A stretch of 64,000 bases of DNA, taken from the NCBI GenBank assembly GCA_039794305.1, contig JBDIVX010000019.1, positions 424-64,423 of the forward strand, read 5' to 3'. Made by a program: the position numbers and the translations under genes. Below are positions 1 through 7,611 of this stretch, one piece after another. Below the pieces are notes generated by a model that worked only from the letters and a program-made list of their open reading frames with translations, made no database searches and was not told where the DNA came from. Positions within the stretch are counted from its first letter, which is position 1. Each line of letters opens with the position of its first letter. The DNA comes from Polyangiales bacterium (GTDB lineage: Bacteria; Myxococcota_A; Polyangia; Polyangiales; JBDIVX01).

Positions 1-125
1 TGCGTGCCGTCCGTGTCCGTCCGCACGAACAAACCGGCGGACACGTCGTCGGCCGACAGGCCCGACGGAAGGCCGAAGAGGACGCCTGCGAGGACCGGCA
101 CCCAGGGGCGGACGCGTGAGCACAC
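1..125 (-). CDS. 5' end of a secreted/outer-membrane protein, possibly DUF3570-like (truncated by window edge)
   Basis: Manual translation from GTG125 gives VCSRVRPWVPVLAGVLFGLPSGLSADDVSAGLFVRTDTDGT: a signal peptide followed by a beta-strand pattern resembling DUF3570 N-termini. Not in the ORF track. Confidence 0.4.
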   Translation of the reverse strand, partial: MCSRVRPWVPVLAGVLFGLPSGLSADDVSAGLFVRTDTDGT

Positions 126-204
126 GAGCGACAGTAGCCTCGCGCCGGCCCGGTTTCGGGTTGAGCGGGCGCAACTCGGAGGCCGGCACCGCGCGCCCAT
201 CCGC

Positions 205-567
205 TCACTCGGCGTAGACGGTGCACGCGCTCGTGCACGTCTCGGCGACGGTGACGCGCAGGACCCTGGCCCCGGGCACGTGGATGCGCTCCACGATGAA
301 GCGCGCGATGTGCTCGCTGGTCGGGTTGTCGAGCCCCTCGACCTCGTTCAGGTAGCGGTGGTCGAGCAGGTCGTGGAGCGGCTTCCACGCCTCGTCGAGG
401 GAGGCGAAGTCGACGATCCACCCGAGCGCCGGATCGACCTCGCCGCCCACGACGACCGTGGCGCGGAAGCTGTGCCCGTGCAGGCGCCAGCACTTGTGGT
501 CCTCGGGCAGGTTCGGCAGGCGGTGGGCCGCCTCGAACCGGAACGTGCGCTGGATCTCGGTCCTCAC
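205..567 (-). CDS. queD: 6-carboxy-5,6,7,8-tetrahydropterin synthase (QueD/PTPS family)
   Basis: Motifs FEAAHRL, KCWRLHGHS, LDHRYLN, NPTSE. Likely GTG start at 567; the ORF extends to ATG630. Confidence 0.92.
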   Translation of the reverse strand: MRTEIQRTFRFEAAHRLPNLPEDHKCWRLHGHSFRATVVVGGEVDPALGWIVDFASLDEAWKPLHDLLDHRYLNEVEGLDNPTSEHIARFIVERIHVPGARVLRVTVAETCTSACTVYAE

Positions 568-641
568 TCGTCCCCGAAAGGCGCCCCCGGGGTCCCGGGA
601 CGGTTGATCTTCATCATCGTCGTCCCACATATCATCCGACC

Positions 642-1127
642 ATGGCCGAAGCCACCGCCACCCCCGCCCCGCGCCCGCCGCGGCTCTCGATGACGGAGAT
701 GACCGAGCTCGTGCTGCCCCAGCACGCCAACGCGCTCGGCACCGCCTTCGGCGGCACCGTCCTCGGCTGGATCGACATCTGCGGTGCCATCGCCGCGCAG
801 CGTCACTGCGGGCGCGTCGCGGTCACCGCCGCCATCGACGAGATGCAGTTCCTCGCGCCCATCCGTGTGGGCGACGTGGTGCGGCTGACCGCGCGCGTGA
901 ACGCCGCGTTCCGCACGTCGGTCGAGGTGGAGGTCGAGGTGGAGGTCGAGGAGCCGGCCACGATGGCGCGGACGCTGTGCGCCGACGCGCTCCTGACCTT
1001 CGTGAGCCGCGGCGAGGACGGCTCGCCCGCGCCCGTGCCCCCGGTCGCCTGCGAGACCGAGGACGACGAGCGCCGGCACGCCGCCGCCCGCGCGCGCCGA
1101 GAGCAACGCCTCGGGCGGAGGCGCTGA
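642..1127 (+). CDS. Acyl-CoA thioesterase (hotdog fold, YciA-like)
   Basis: VLPQHANALGTAFGGTVLGWID and VTAAIDEMQFLAPIRVGD motifs. Confidence 0.92.
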   Translation: MAEATATPAPRPPRLSMTEMTELVLPQHANALGTAFGGTVLGWIDICGAIAAQRHCGRVAVTAAIDEMQFLAPIRVGDVVRLTARVNAAFRTSVEVEVEVEVEEPATMARTLCADALLTFVSRGEDGSPAPVPPVACETEDDERRHAAARARREQRLGRRR

Positions 1128-1129
1128 GG

Positions 1130-1156
1130 CGCCGCGGGCTCGAGGAAACCGCGGCG
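1130..1156. terminator. GC hairpin between convergent genes
   Basis: CGCCGCGG-N11-CCGCGGCG, an 8-bp stem between two stop codons. No U-tract. Confidence 0.3.
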
Positions 1157-1159
1157 AGG

Positions 1160-1591
1160 CTACTGCGATCCGATGTCGTCCGCCTGGCGCACGTTGCCGG
1201 GGAAGCCCAACGACATGCTGCCGACGCCCTTGCCCGCGAAGGGGTCGTGCCAGAGGAGCTGCCCGTCCATGTTGTAGCAGCTCAGCTCGCCACGGGTCGC
1301 GACCAGCAGGCGATCGTTCTCGAGCAGCATGGTGGGGCGACCCTTGTACGCGCCCGGGATGTCCACCACCCCGACGGGCCGGCCGCTCGGATACTCGAAG
1401 CACGCGAGCTTGCGGCCGTTGGACGCGAACACGCGCGCGCCGTGGATCATGAGCTCCACCTCGCCGCTCGGCACGCTGCTCAGGGCGTGCTCCCAGACGT
1501 GGGCCCCCGTGGCCGGGTCGACGCCGAACACGCGGCCGTTCAGGCCCACCACCAGAATCGACCGGTCCTCCTCGGCGCTCCGTCGGTACAC
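1160..1591 (-). CDS. Small PQQ-like beta-propeller repeat protein
   Basis: GRVFGVDPATGAHVWE and SCYNMDGQLLW are PQQ/BamB blade motifs. Probable GTG start at 1591. Confidence 0.7.
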   Translation of the reverse strand: MYRRSAEEDRSILVVGLNGRVFGVDPATGAHVWEHALSSVPSGEVELMIHGARVFASNGRKLACFEYPSGRPVGVVDIPGAYKGRPTMLLENDRLLVATRGELSCYNMDGQLLWHDPFAGKGVGSMSLGFPGNVRQADDIGSQ

Positions 1592-1936
1592 GGCACCCTC
1601 CGGCGCAGAGGATACCGCGAGACTTCGCCCGCATCTGCCGGCTACTCTCGGCGCCGACGTGAGGCGGACCGTGCTCGGCAGCCCCCATGAGAGCGCGCGC
1701 GGCTCGATCTCGGCCGCGCTGTGGCTGCTCGCGGCAGCCGCTCCCGCAGGTATTCGCTCACTCGACGGTGCTCGCCCGCACCAGGCGGTCGAGCTCGCGC
1801 AGGACGAGCGTGCGCCCATGCCGGGTCGCGTCCGCTCGAGCTTCACCTCGCCCATGGCGACCGCCGCCGGTCGTGCACGGCCTCGACCCTACCACGCGCG
1901 CTCGGCGGCCGGCCCGCCAACGACTCTCGGGCCCCC

Positions 1937-2110
1937 TCACCCCGCCGGCGCGCTCGAGAACGCGGCCGGGATCGCACGAGACACTCGCTCGTCGAGCGGA
2001 AGCTGCACCTCGATCGAGGTGCCCTCTCCGGGCGCGCTCTCGACCTGCGTGGTGCCCCCGAGCTCCTCTGCGCGCTCGAGCATCCCGCGCAGCCCCTTGC
2101 CGCGCGTGCG
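1937..2110 (-). pseudogene. Relic C-terminus of a NarX/UhpB-type histidine kinase ATPase domain
   Basis: GKGLRGMLERAEELGGTTQVESAPGEGTSIEVQLP matches the G2-box end of HisKA_3-type kinases. No H-box or N-box upstream in frame. Confidence 0.65.
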
Positions 2111-2172
2111 GCCGCCGGCGGCGAGGCCGCCAGCCACCAGACTTGGGAGCTGCCGCTCGCGTACAGACCCGG

Positions 2173-2389
2173 CATGCGGCTCTTGGCGTCGCCGCAGGTC
2201 GGCTGGGGGGTGGGGGCGCTGTTGACGCTCGAGATCTTCGAGGCCGATGCGGCGGAGGGCTCCGAGCCGACCGGTCGCTTCACGCTCGTGGGGTCCGACT
2301 ACGACCGAGCGCTCATGTTGGCGCGCGGCCACGGCAACGGCGGACGCGTGCAGGCGGGCGACGTCGTGCCCGAGCGCGAGACCGAGTAG
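2173..2389 (+). CDS. Small hypothetical protein
   Basis: MRLLASPQVGWGVGALLTLEIFEADAAEGSEPTGRFTL... has protein-like composition. No recognised motif. Confidence 0.4.
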
Positions 2390-2478
2390 GGCGTCGACGC
2401 GGCGGACGGCCCGGCCCGGGCCGCCTCCGAGGCGTTGCCCTCGCTTGTGCGACCACGCGCGCGCGGCGGCGGGCCCGC

Positions 2479-3138
2479 TCAGCCGAGCCGCACGTCGGCG
2501 AAGACGAAGCCGTCGCGCTCGACGACCTCGCCCGGCTCGATGGGGATCGGGCGCGCGAACATCGGGCCGGCGTAGCAGAAGGTGTGCATCTCGCCGTGCT
2601 CGCCGCAGGGGTCGACGCCCGCGGGCAGCTCCGCGAGCAGGCGCTCGTCGTAGGTGCGGCCGGCGAAGGACGGGTCGAGCTGCTTCGGATCGACGCAGGT
2701 GACGTGGGCGCGGAGGCCGGCCGCCACCATCTCGCGCGCGAGCTCGGCGGTGGGCCTCCGCCAGATCGGGAAGAGCGGCTCGATGCCCGTCGGCGCGAGC
2801 CGCTCCTCGCGGTAGCGCCGGACGTCGTCGAGGAAGAGATCGCCGAAGGCGACCGCCCCGACGCCCTCGTCGCGCGCCCGCGCCATCGCGCGCGCCATGG
2901 CCGCCTCGTACTGCGCGTTCGAGCACGGTTGCGGGATCGGCACCTTCACGAGCGGGAGCCCGATCGCCGCGGCCTGCGCCTCGAGCAGATCCTCGCGCAC
3001 GGCGTGCATCGCCACGCGGCCGGCCGCTTCGTTGATCGTGGTGAGCAGCGCGACGACCTCGTGCTCACCCTGCTCCCGCAGGACGTGCAGCGCCCAGGCG
3101 CTGTCCTTCCCGCTGCTCCACGACATCCACACCCGCAT
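2479..3138 (-). CDS. Dph6/DUF71-like PP-loop ATP pyrophosphatase (adenine nucleotide alpha hydrolase)
   Basis: SWSSGKDSAW PP-loop, AFGDLFL, DPCGEHGEMHTF motifs. Confidence 0.9.
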   Translation of the reverse strand: MRVWMSWSSGKDSAWALHVLREQGEHEVVALLTTINEAAGRVAMHAVREDLLEAQAAAIGLPLVKVPIPQPCSNAQYEAAMARAMARARDEGVGAVAFGDLFLDDVRRYREERLAPTGIEPLFPIWRRPTAELAREMVAAGLRAHVTCVDPKQLDPSFAGRTYDERLLAELPAGVDPCGEHGEMHTFCYAGPMFARPIPIEPGEVVERDGFVFADVRLG

Positions 3139-3206
3139 GACGCGGGCGTGTAGCACGCGCGCGCGCAGCGAGCTCGACGCGGAGCATGGCGACGTGTCGC
3201 GGGGTG

Positions 3207-3227
3207 CTCGAGGGGTGCCCCCTCGAG
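3207..3227. repeat. Short palindrome (REP-like or terminator hairpin)
   Basis: CTCGAGGGG-TGC-CCCCTCGAG, a 9-bp stem downstream of the TPR gene. Confidence 0.4.
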
Positions 3228-3264
3228 GAGGATTAGGGGTGGGGGCGGGCGGGTGGTTCGATAA

Positions 3265-4554
3265 TCAGCGGCGGCGTCGGGCGGGGGCGCCGCCGAGCTC
3301 GCGCAGGGCGCGCTGGACCCGGGCGCGGTCCACCCGGCCCTCGCCGCCGAGGGCGCGCTCGTAGTACTGGCGGGCGCGCGCGCGGTCGCCCCGCGCCCGC
3401 ATCACGTCCCCGTAGAGCGCGAGCGCGGCCGCGTGGCTCGCGCGCTGCGCGAGGATGCGGTCGAGGAAGCCGGCGGCGAGCACGTCGCGGTTCAGCCGGA
3501 TCGCGAGCCGCGCAGCCGACAGGAGCGGGACCGGGTTGCGCGGGTCGAGGTCGGCGGCGTGGCGGTACTGCTCGAACGCGCGCTCCCACCGCTCGGTCGC
3601 CTCGTAGAGGGCGGCGAGGGCGAGGGCCGTCTCCTGCCAGTTCGGGACGAGCTCGAGCGCCCGCTGGAGGGCGGCCTCCGCCTCCTCGTGCTCGCCCTGC
3701 GCCGTCTTCGCGCGGCCGAGCCCCGCGTGCGCCTCGGCGAGCCGCTCGTTCAGCTCGACGGCGCGCCCGAACGCGGTCTCGGCCTCGGCGTTCTGGCCCG
3801 CCTCGAGCAGCGCGTCGCCGAGAGCCACCTGCGCCTCGGCCCAGCTCGGCCGGCCCGCCACGGCCCGCCCGAGCAGCGACCGCGCCTCCTCGGTGCCCCC
3901 GAGCAGCCGGCCGAGCTCGTAGAGGACCTCCGGCGAGGCCGCGTCGAGCTCGAGCGCCCGCCGGAGCGCCCGCACGGCGTCGTCCCTCCGGCTGGCGGCG
4001 GCGTAGAGCCGGCCGAGCCCGAGGTGCGGCTCGGCGGAGCCCGCGTTCGCTTGCGCCGCGCGGCGGTAGGCGCCCTCGGCCGCGGGCACGTCCGCGCGCA
4101 GCCGGTGGGCGTCACCCATGGCGAGCAGGGCCTCGAAGTCGCTCGGCGCCTGGGCGAGCGCCGCCTCGAGCTCCTCGAAGGCCCGCGCGCTCCGGTTCCA
4201 CACGAGGAACGCCCGCGCCCGGCAGACCCGCGCGATCGTGCTGTCCCGCTCGATCCGCTCGATCGGCCGGCAGGCCCGCTGGGCCGCCCGGTAGTCGCCC
4301 TGCGCGAAGGCGACGCGGGCGACGTCGTAGAGCGCCTCGGGGGAGCGCCGCTCGAGGCGGGCCGCGGCCTGCAAGGCACGGCTCGCCTCGCGGTATCGGC
4401 CCGCGCGCAGCAGCGCGCGCCCGTAGGCGGCCTGGGCCTCGGGATCGCGCCGGTTCGCGCGGGCCGCGGCGGCGCGCTCCTCGAGGGCGGTCTCCTGGGC
4501 GGACACCGTGGCCGGAGCGGCGAGCAGGAGGGCGAGGAAGGCTAGCGTACGCAT
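3265..4554 (-). CDS. Secreted TPR-repeat protein
   Basis: Signal peptide MRTLAFLALLLAAPATVSA followed by many TPR units (e.g. AEPHLGLGRLYAA, AEAHAGLGRA). Confidence 0.85.
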   Translation of the reverse strand: MRTLAFLALLLAAPATVSAQETALEERAAAARANRRDPEAQAAYGRALLRAGRYREASRALQAAARLERRSPEALYDVARVAFAQGDYRAAQRACRPIERIERDSTIARVCRARAFLVWNRSARAFEELEAALAQAPSDFEALLAMGDAHRLRADVPAAEGAYRRAAQANAGSAEPHLGLGRLYAAASRRDDAVRALRRALELDAASPEVLYELGRLLGGTEEARSLLGRAVAGRPSWAEAQVALGDALLEAGQNAEAETAFGRAVELNERLAEAHAGLGRAKTAQGEHEEAEAALQRALELVPNWQETALALAALYEATERWERAFEQYRHAADLDPRNPVPLLSAARLAIRLNRDVLAAGFLDRILAQRASHAAALALYGDVMRARGDRARARQYYERALGGEGRVDRARVQRALRELGGAPARRRR

Positions 4555-4643
4555 GGCTGGGCCAGGATAGACGCACTCGGGGAGCAATTGTTCAAGGGGG
4601 CCCCGTGGCGTCCCACCGACCCCTGCGCTACGGTCCGCCCGCC

Positions 4644-5420
4644 ATGAGGGTGAACCGTCTGCCCGCGTCCCTCGCTCTGCTCCTGGCCGCCTGCGGGGGG
4701 TCCCAGGCGGGGGAGAGCCTCACGTACGGGCAGAGCGCGCAGGCGAACTACGAGTCGGCGCTCGCGGACTTCCGCGACGGCGACTGCCTCGACGCCGAGC
4801 CGGCCTTCCGCCGGGTCCGGCGCGAGTTCCCCTACAGCCGCTTCGCGGCCCTCGCCGAGCTGCGCATCGCCGACTGCAAGATGGAGGCGCAGTCCTATCC
4901 CGAGGCGATCCAGGCCTACCGGCAGTTCGTCCGCAACCGCCCCTCCCACTCCGAGGTGCCCTACGCGCGGTACAAGGTCGCCGAGGCGCACTTCCGCCAG
5001 ATCCCGGACGAGTGGCTCTTGTCCCCCCCCGCCCACGAGCGCGACCAAGGGCCCACCAAGGAGGCGCTCCGCCAGCTCCGGCGCTTCATCCTGGACTTCC
5101 CGGAGGACTCCCGGATCGACGGCGCGCAGGACATGGCGCGGCGCGCCCTCGAGCTGCTCGCGCGGCACGAGCTCTACGTCGCCGAGTTCTACCTGGACCG
5201 GGACGAGCCGCGCGCGGCGATCGGCCGGCTCCGGACGCTCCTCGCGGCGTACGAAGGCAGCGGCGTCGAGCCCGAGGCGCTGCTGTTGCTGGGGCGGACC
5301 TACCTCGAGCTTCGAGACAGAGACCAGGCACGGCAGGCGTTCGAGCAGCTCGTCGAGCGCTATCCCCAGTCCGGCCAGTCGGCTCAAGCGCGTAGTTACC
5401 TGGACGAGCTGGGCAGCTAG
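4644..5420 (+). CDS. bamD: Outer membrane protein assembly factor BamD (lipoprotein)
   Basis: Lipobox LAAC; FPYSRFA; ERDQGPTKEAL; LARHELYVAEFYL. Confidence 0.9.
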   Translation: MRVNRLPASLALLLAACGGSQAGESLTYGQSAQANYESALADFRDGDCLDAEPAFRRVRREFPYSRFAALAELRIADCKMEAQSYPEAIQAYRQFVRNRPSHSEVPYARYKVAEAHFRQIPDEWLLSPPAHERDQGPTKEALRQLRRFILDFPEDSRIDGAQDMARRALELLARHELYVAEFYLDRDEPRAAIGRLRTLLAAYEGSGVEPEALLLLGRTYLELRDRDQARQAFEQLVERYPQSGQSAQARSYLDELGS

Positions 5421-5442
5421 CCGATACGATGGCAGTCAACGG

Positions 5443-6156
5443 ATGGACGAGCGCACCAAGCAGCTCCTGACCCTCGGCCGCGAGCATTACGAGAAGCGCG
5501 AGTTCGACAAGGCCGAGCACTACCTCAAGCAGGTCGCCGAGCGGAACGTCCGCTTTGCCGACGTGTACAACATGCTCGGCGTCGTCCACCACGACCGGGG
5601 GCGCTTCGAGGACGCGCAGGCCGCGTTCGAGGAAGCGCTGCAGATCAACCCCAACTACACGGAGGCCGCCCTCAACCTGGCGGTCACCTACAACGACCTC
5701 GGCCGGTACGACGACGCCAAGCGGATCTACCAGGCTGCGCTCACGAAGGGCGAGGAGTCGCCCGGGTCGCTCGACCCGTTCGTGAAGGGCAAGATCGCCA
5801 ACCTGCACGGCGAGGTCGCCCAGGCCTACGTGGACGCGGGGCTCGTCGCCGAGGCAATGCACGAGCTGCGCAAGGCGGTGCTCCTGTGCCCGCACTTCGC
5901 GGACCTGCGCCTGCGGCTCGCCAACCTGTACCGCCAGCAGGGCGACCTCGACGCGGCGCGCTACGAGCTGGACGAGGCGATCAAGGCCAAGCCCGCGTAC
6001 GTGCCCGCGCGGATCGCGCTCGGCGTCGTCAAGCTCGCGCAGGGCGACACCCCGGGTGCGATCGCGCAGTGGAAGGCCGCGCTCGAGCACGACTCGGGCA
6101 ACAAGACCGCGCAGATGTACCTCCGCATGGCCGAGAGCCCCCCCACCGGCAAGTGA
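5443..6156 (+). CDS. Cytoplasmic TPR protein
   Basis: FADVYNMLG, ALQINPNYTEAALNLA, FADLRLRLA TPR motifs. 22 bp after bamD. Confidence 0.88.
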   Translation: MDERTKQLLTLGREHYEKREFDKAEHYLKQVAERNVRFADVYNMLGVVHHDRGRFEDAQAAFEEALQINPNYTEAALNLAVTYNDLGRYDDAKRIYQAALTKGEESPGSLDPFVKGKIANLHGEVAQAYVDAGLVAEAMHELRKAVLLCPHFADLRLRLANLYRQQGDLDAARYELDEAIKAKPAYVPARIALGVVKLAQGDTPGAIAQWKAALEHDSGNKTAQMYLRMAESPPTGK

Positions 6157-6226
6157 GGCGCCGGCGGTCCTCCGCAGCCTTCGTGCGGGTGGATGACCCG
6201 GGGGCGGACGATTAGGATTCAGCCTG

Positions 6227-6670
6227 GTGCGACCGCTCCCGCAGACCGCGACGATCGGGCCCGAGGACCGCGAGCTGCTCGCTCGGACGGCGCGGGAGGT
6301 GTTCGCAGAGCACCCGGACGTGCTCGCCGCCTGGCTCTACGGGTCGGCGGCGCGCGGGGCGCGTGCGGGCGACCTCGACGTCGCGGTGCTTCTCGCCGAC
6401 GACCCTGCGGACGCATCGCTCGTCGACCGTCTGGCGTCGGAGCTGCACGCTCGAAGGCTGCCCTCGTGGCCGGAGATCGATCTGCGCCCGATCGCCGGGA
6501 CCAGCGCACGCTTTCGGGCGGCAGTGCTCCGTGACGGCGTCCTCCTGTTCGAGCGCGACCCGCAGGCGCGCATCGAGTTCGAGGCGCGCGCCATGGCCGA
6601 GTGGCTCGACTTCAAGCCGGTCTGGGAGGAGATGCGCGCGCGGATGCGCCGGAGGTGGGCAGGTGGGTGA
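6227..6670 (+). CDS. mntA: Minimal nucleotidyltransferase, MntA-type antitoxin
   Basis: YGSAARG...DLDVAVL (GS-x-DxD) and EIDLR motifs. Overlaps the HEPN gene. Confidence 0.82.
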   Translation: MRPLPQTATIGPEDRELLARTAREVFAEHPDVLAAWLYGSAARGARAGDLDVAVLLADDPADASLVDRLASELHARRLPSWPEIDLRPIAGTSARFRAAVLRDGVLLFERDPQARIEFEARAMAEWLDFKPVWEEMRARMRRRWAGG

Positions 6671-7076
6671 GAGCCAGCTCGACCTGCTCGAGCGTCTGCT
6701 CGAGAAACTGGCGGAGTACGCGCGCAAGGTCAGCCGCGATGACCTCGAGCTCGATCTCGACAGGTGGCTCATGGTGAGCCGCGCCCTCGAGCTGGTGGCT
6801 CGGTGCGCGGTGGACCTCGCCATGGAGATCGTGGCCAAGCGCGGGCTCGGTGTGCCCGAGTCCTACCGGGAGGCGTTCGTCCGACTCGCGCAGGCCGGGG
6901 TGCTCTCCCCGCAGGATGCGAAGGTGCTCGAGGGGTGGGCGGGACTGCGCAACGTCCTCGCGCACATGTACACCCGGGTCGACCTCGACCGGTTGTACGC
7001 GGCGCTGACCGAGGACAAGTCGGCGCTTCGCGAGCTCGGTCGGGTCGCCGCGGAGGAGCTTCTCACGACGGGGTGA
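6663..7076 (+). CDS. hepT: HEPN/DUF86 RNase toxin (HepT-like)
   Basis: RNVLAHMY fits RX4HXY; PESYREAF. GTG start at 6663 overlaps the mntA stop. Confidence 0.88.
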   Translation: MGESQLDLLERLLEKLAEYARKVSRDDLELDLDRWLMVSRALELVARCAVDLAMEIVAKRGLGVPESYREAFVRLAQAGVLSPQDAKVLEGWAGLRNVLAHMYTRVDLDRLYAALTEDKSALRELGRVAAEELLTTG

Positions 7077-7095
7077 ACGGCGCTCTTGGCGCGGA

Positions 7096-7401
7096 TCACC
7101 AGCTCTCACACACCCGGAGCACCAGGCGGGGGACGTCGCGCTCGAGCCGGATCTGGCAGCACAGCCGAACCCGGGCCGGGTCGTCCCCGAAGAGATCGAG
7201 CACGTCCAGCTCGTCCTCCTCGGGCGCGGCCAGGCCCTCGGCGCCCTCGAGCACCCGGACCCGACACGTCCCGCAGCTCGCCGAGCGGCACGCGTAGGGT
7301 ACGGCGCTCTGCGGGTGGTCGTCCGTCACGTCCACGAGCCGGGTCCCCGGCTCGACGTCCGCCACTTCCACGCTCGCGGGCTCGAAACGCACGCACGCCA
7401 T
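7096..7401 (-). CDS. 2Fe-2S ferredoxin
   Basis: CRSASCGTC...RLCCQ cysteine pattern. ATG at 7401 is the true 3' part of the 1983-aa shadow ORF. Confidence 0.88.
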   Translation of the reverse strand: MACVRFEPASVEVADVEPGTRLVDVTDDHPQSAVPYACRSASCGTCRVRVLEGAEGLAAPEEDELDVLDLFGDDPARVRLCCQIRLERDVPRLVLRVCESW

Positions 7402-7611
7402 GAGGAGCGGAACCTGGAGCCCGGGGCTCTGCGCGTCAATCGGGCAGCCCCCGGCGGCACTGGATCGGTGTGCAGGTGTGCGTGACATCATGGCCCGGCA
7501 CGCCGGACCCTTGGATCCCCCCTGGGCCGCGTGTACCATCGCCGCCCCCCTGGACTCCAACGATTTCGCGAGGGAATCCGCCTTCCTCGCGAGTGTTCTC
7601 CGGAAGTCTCC

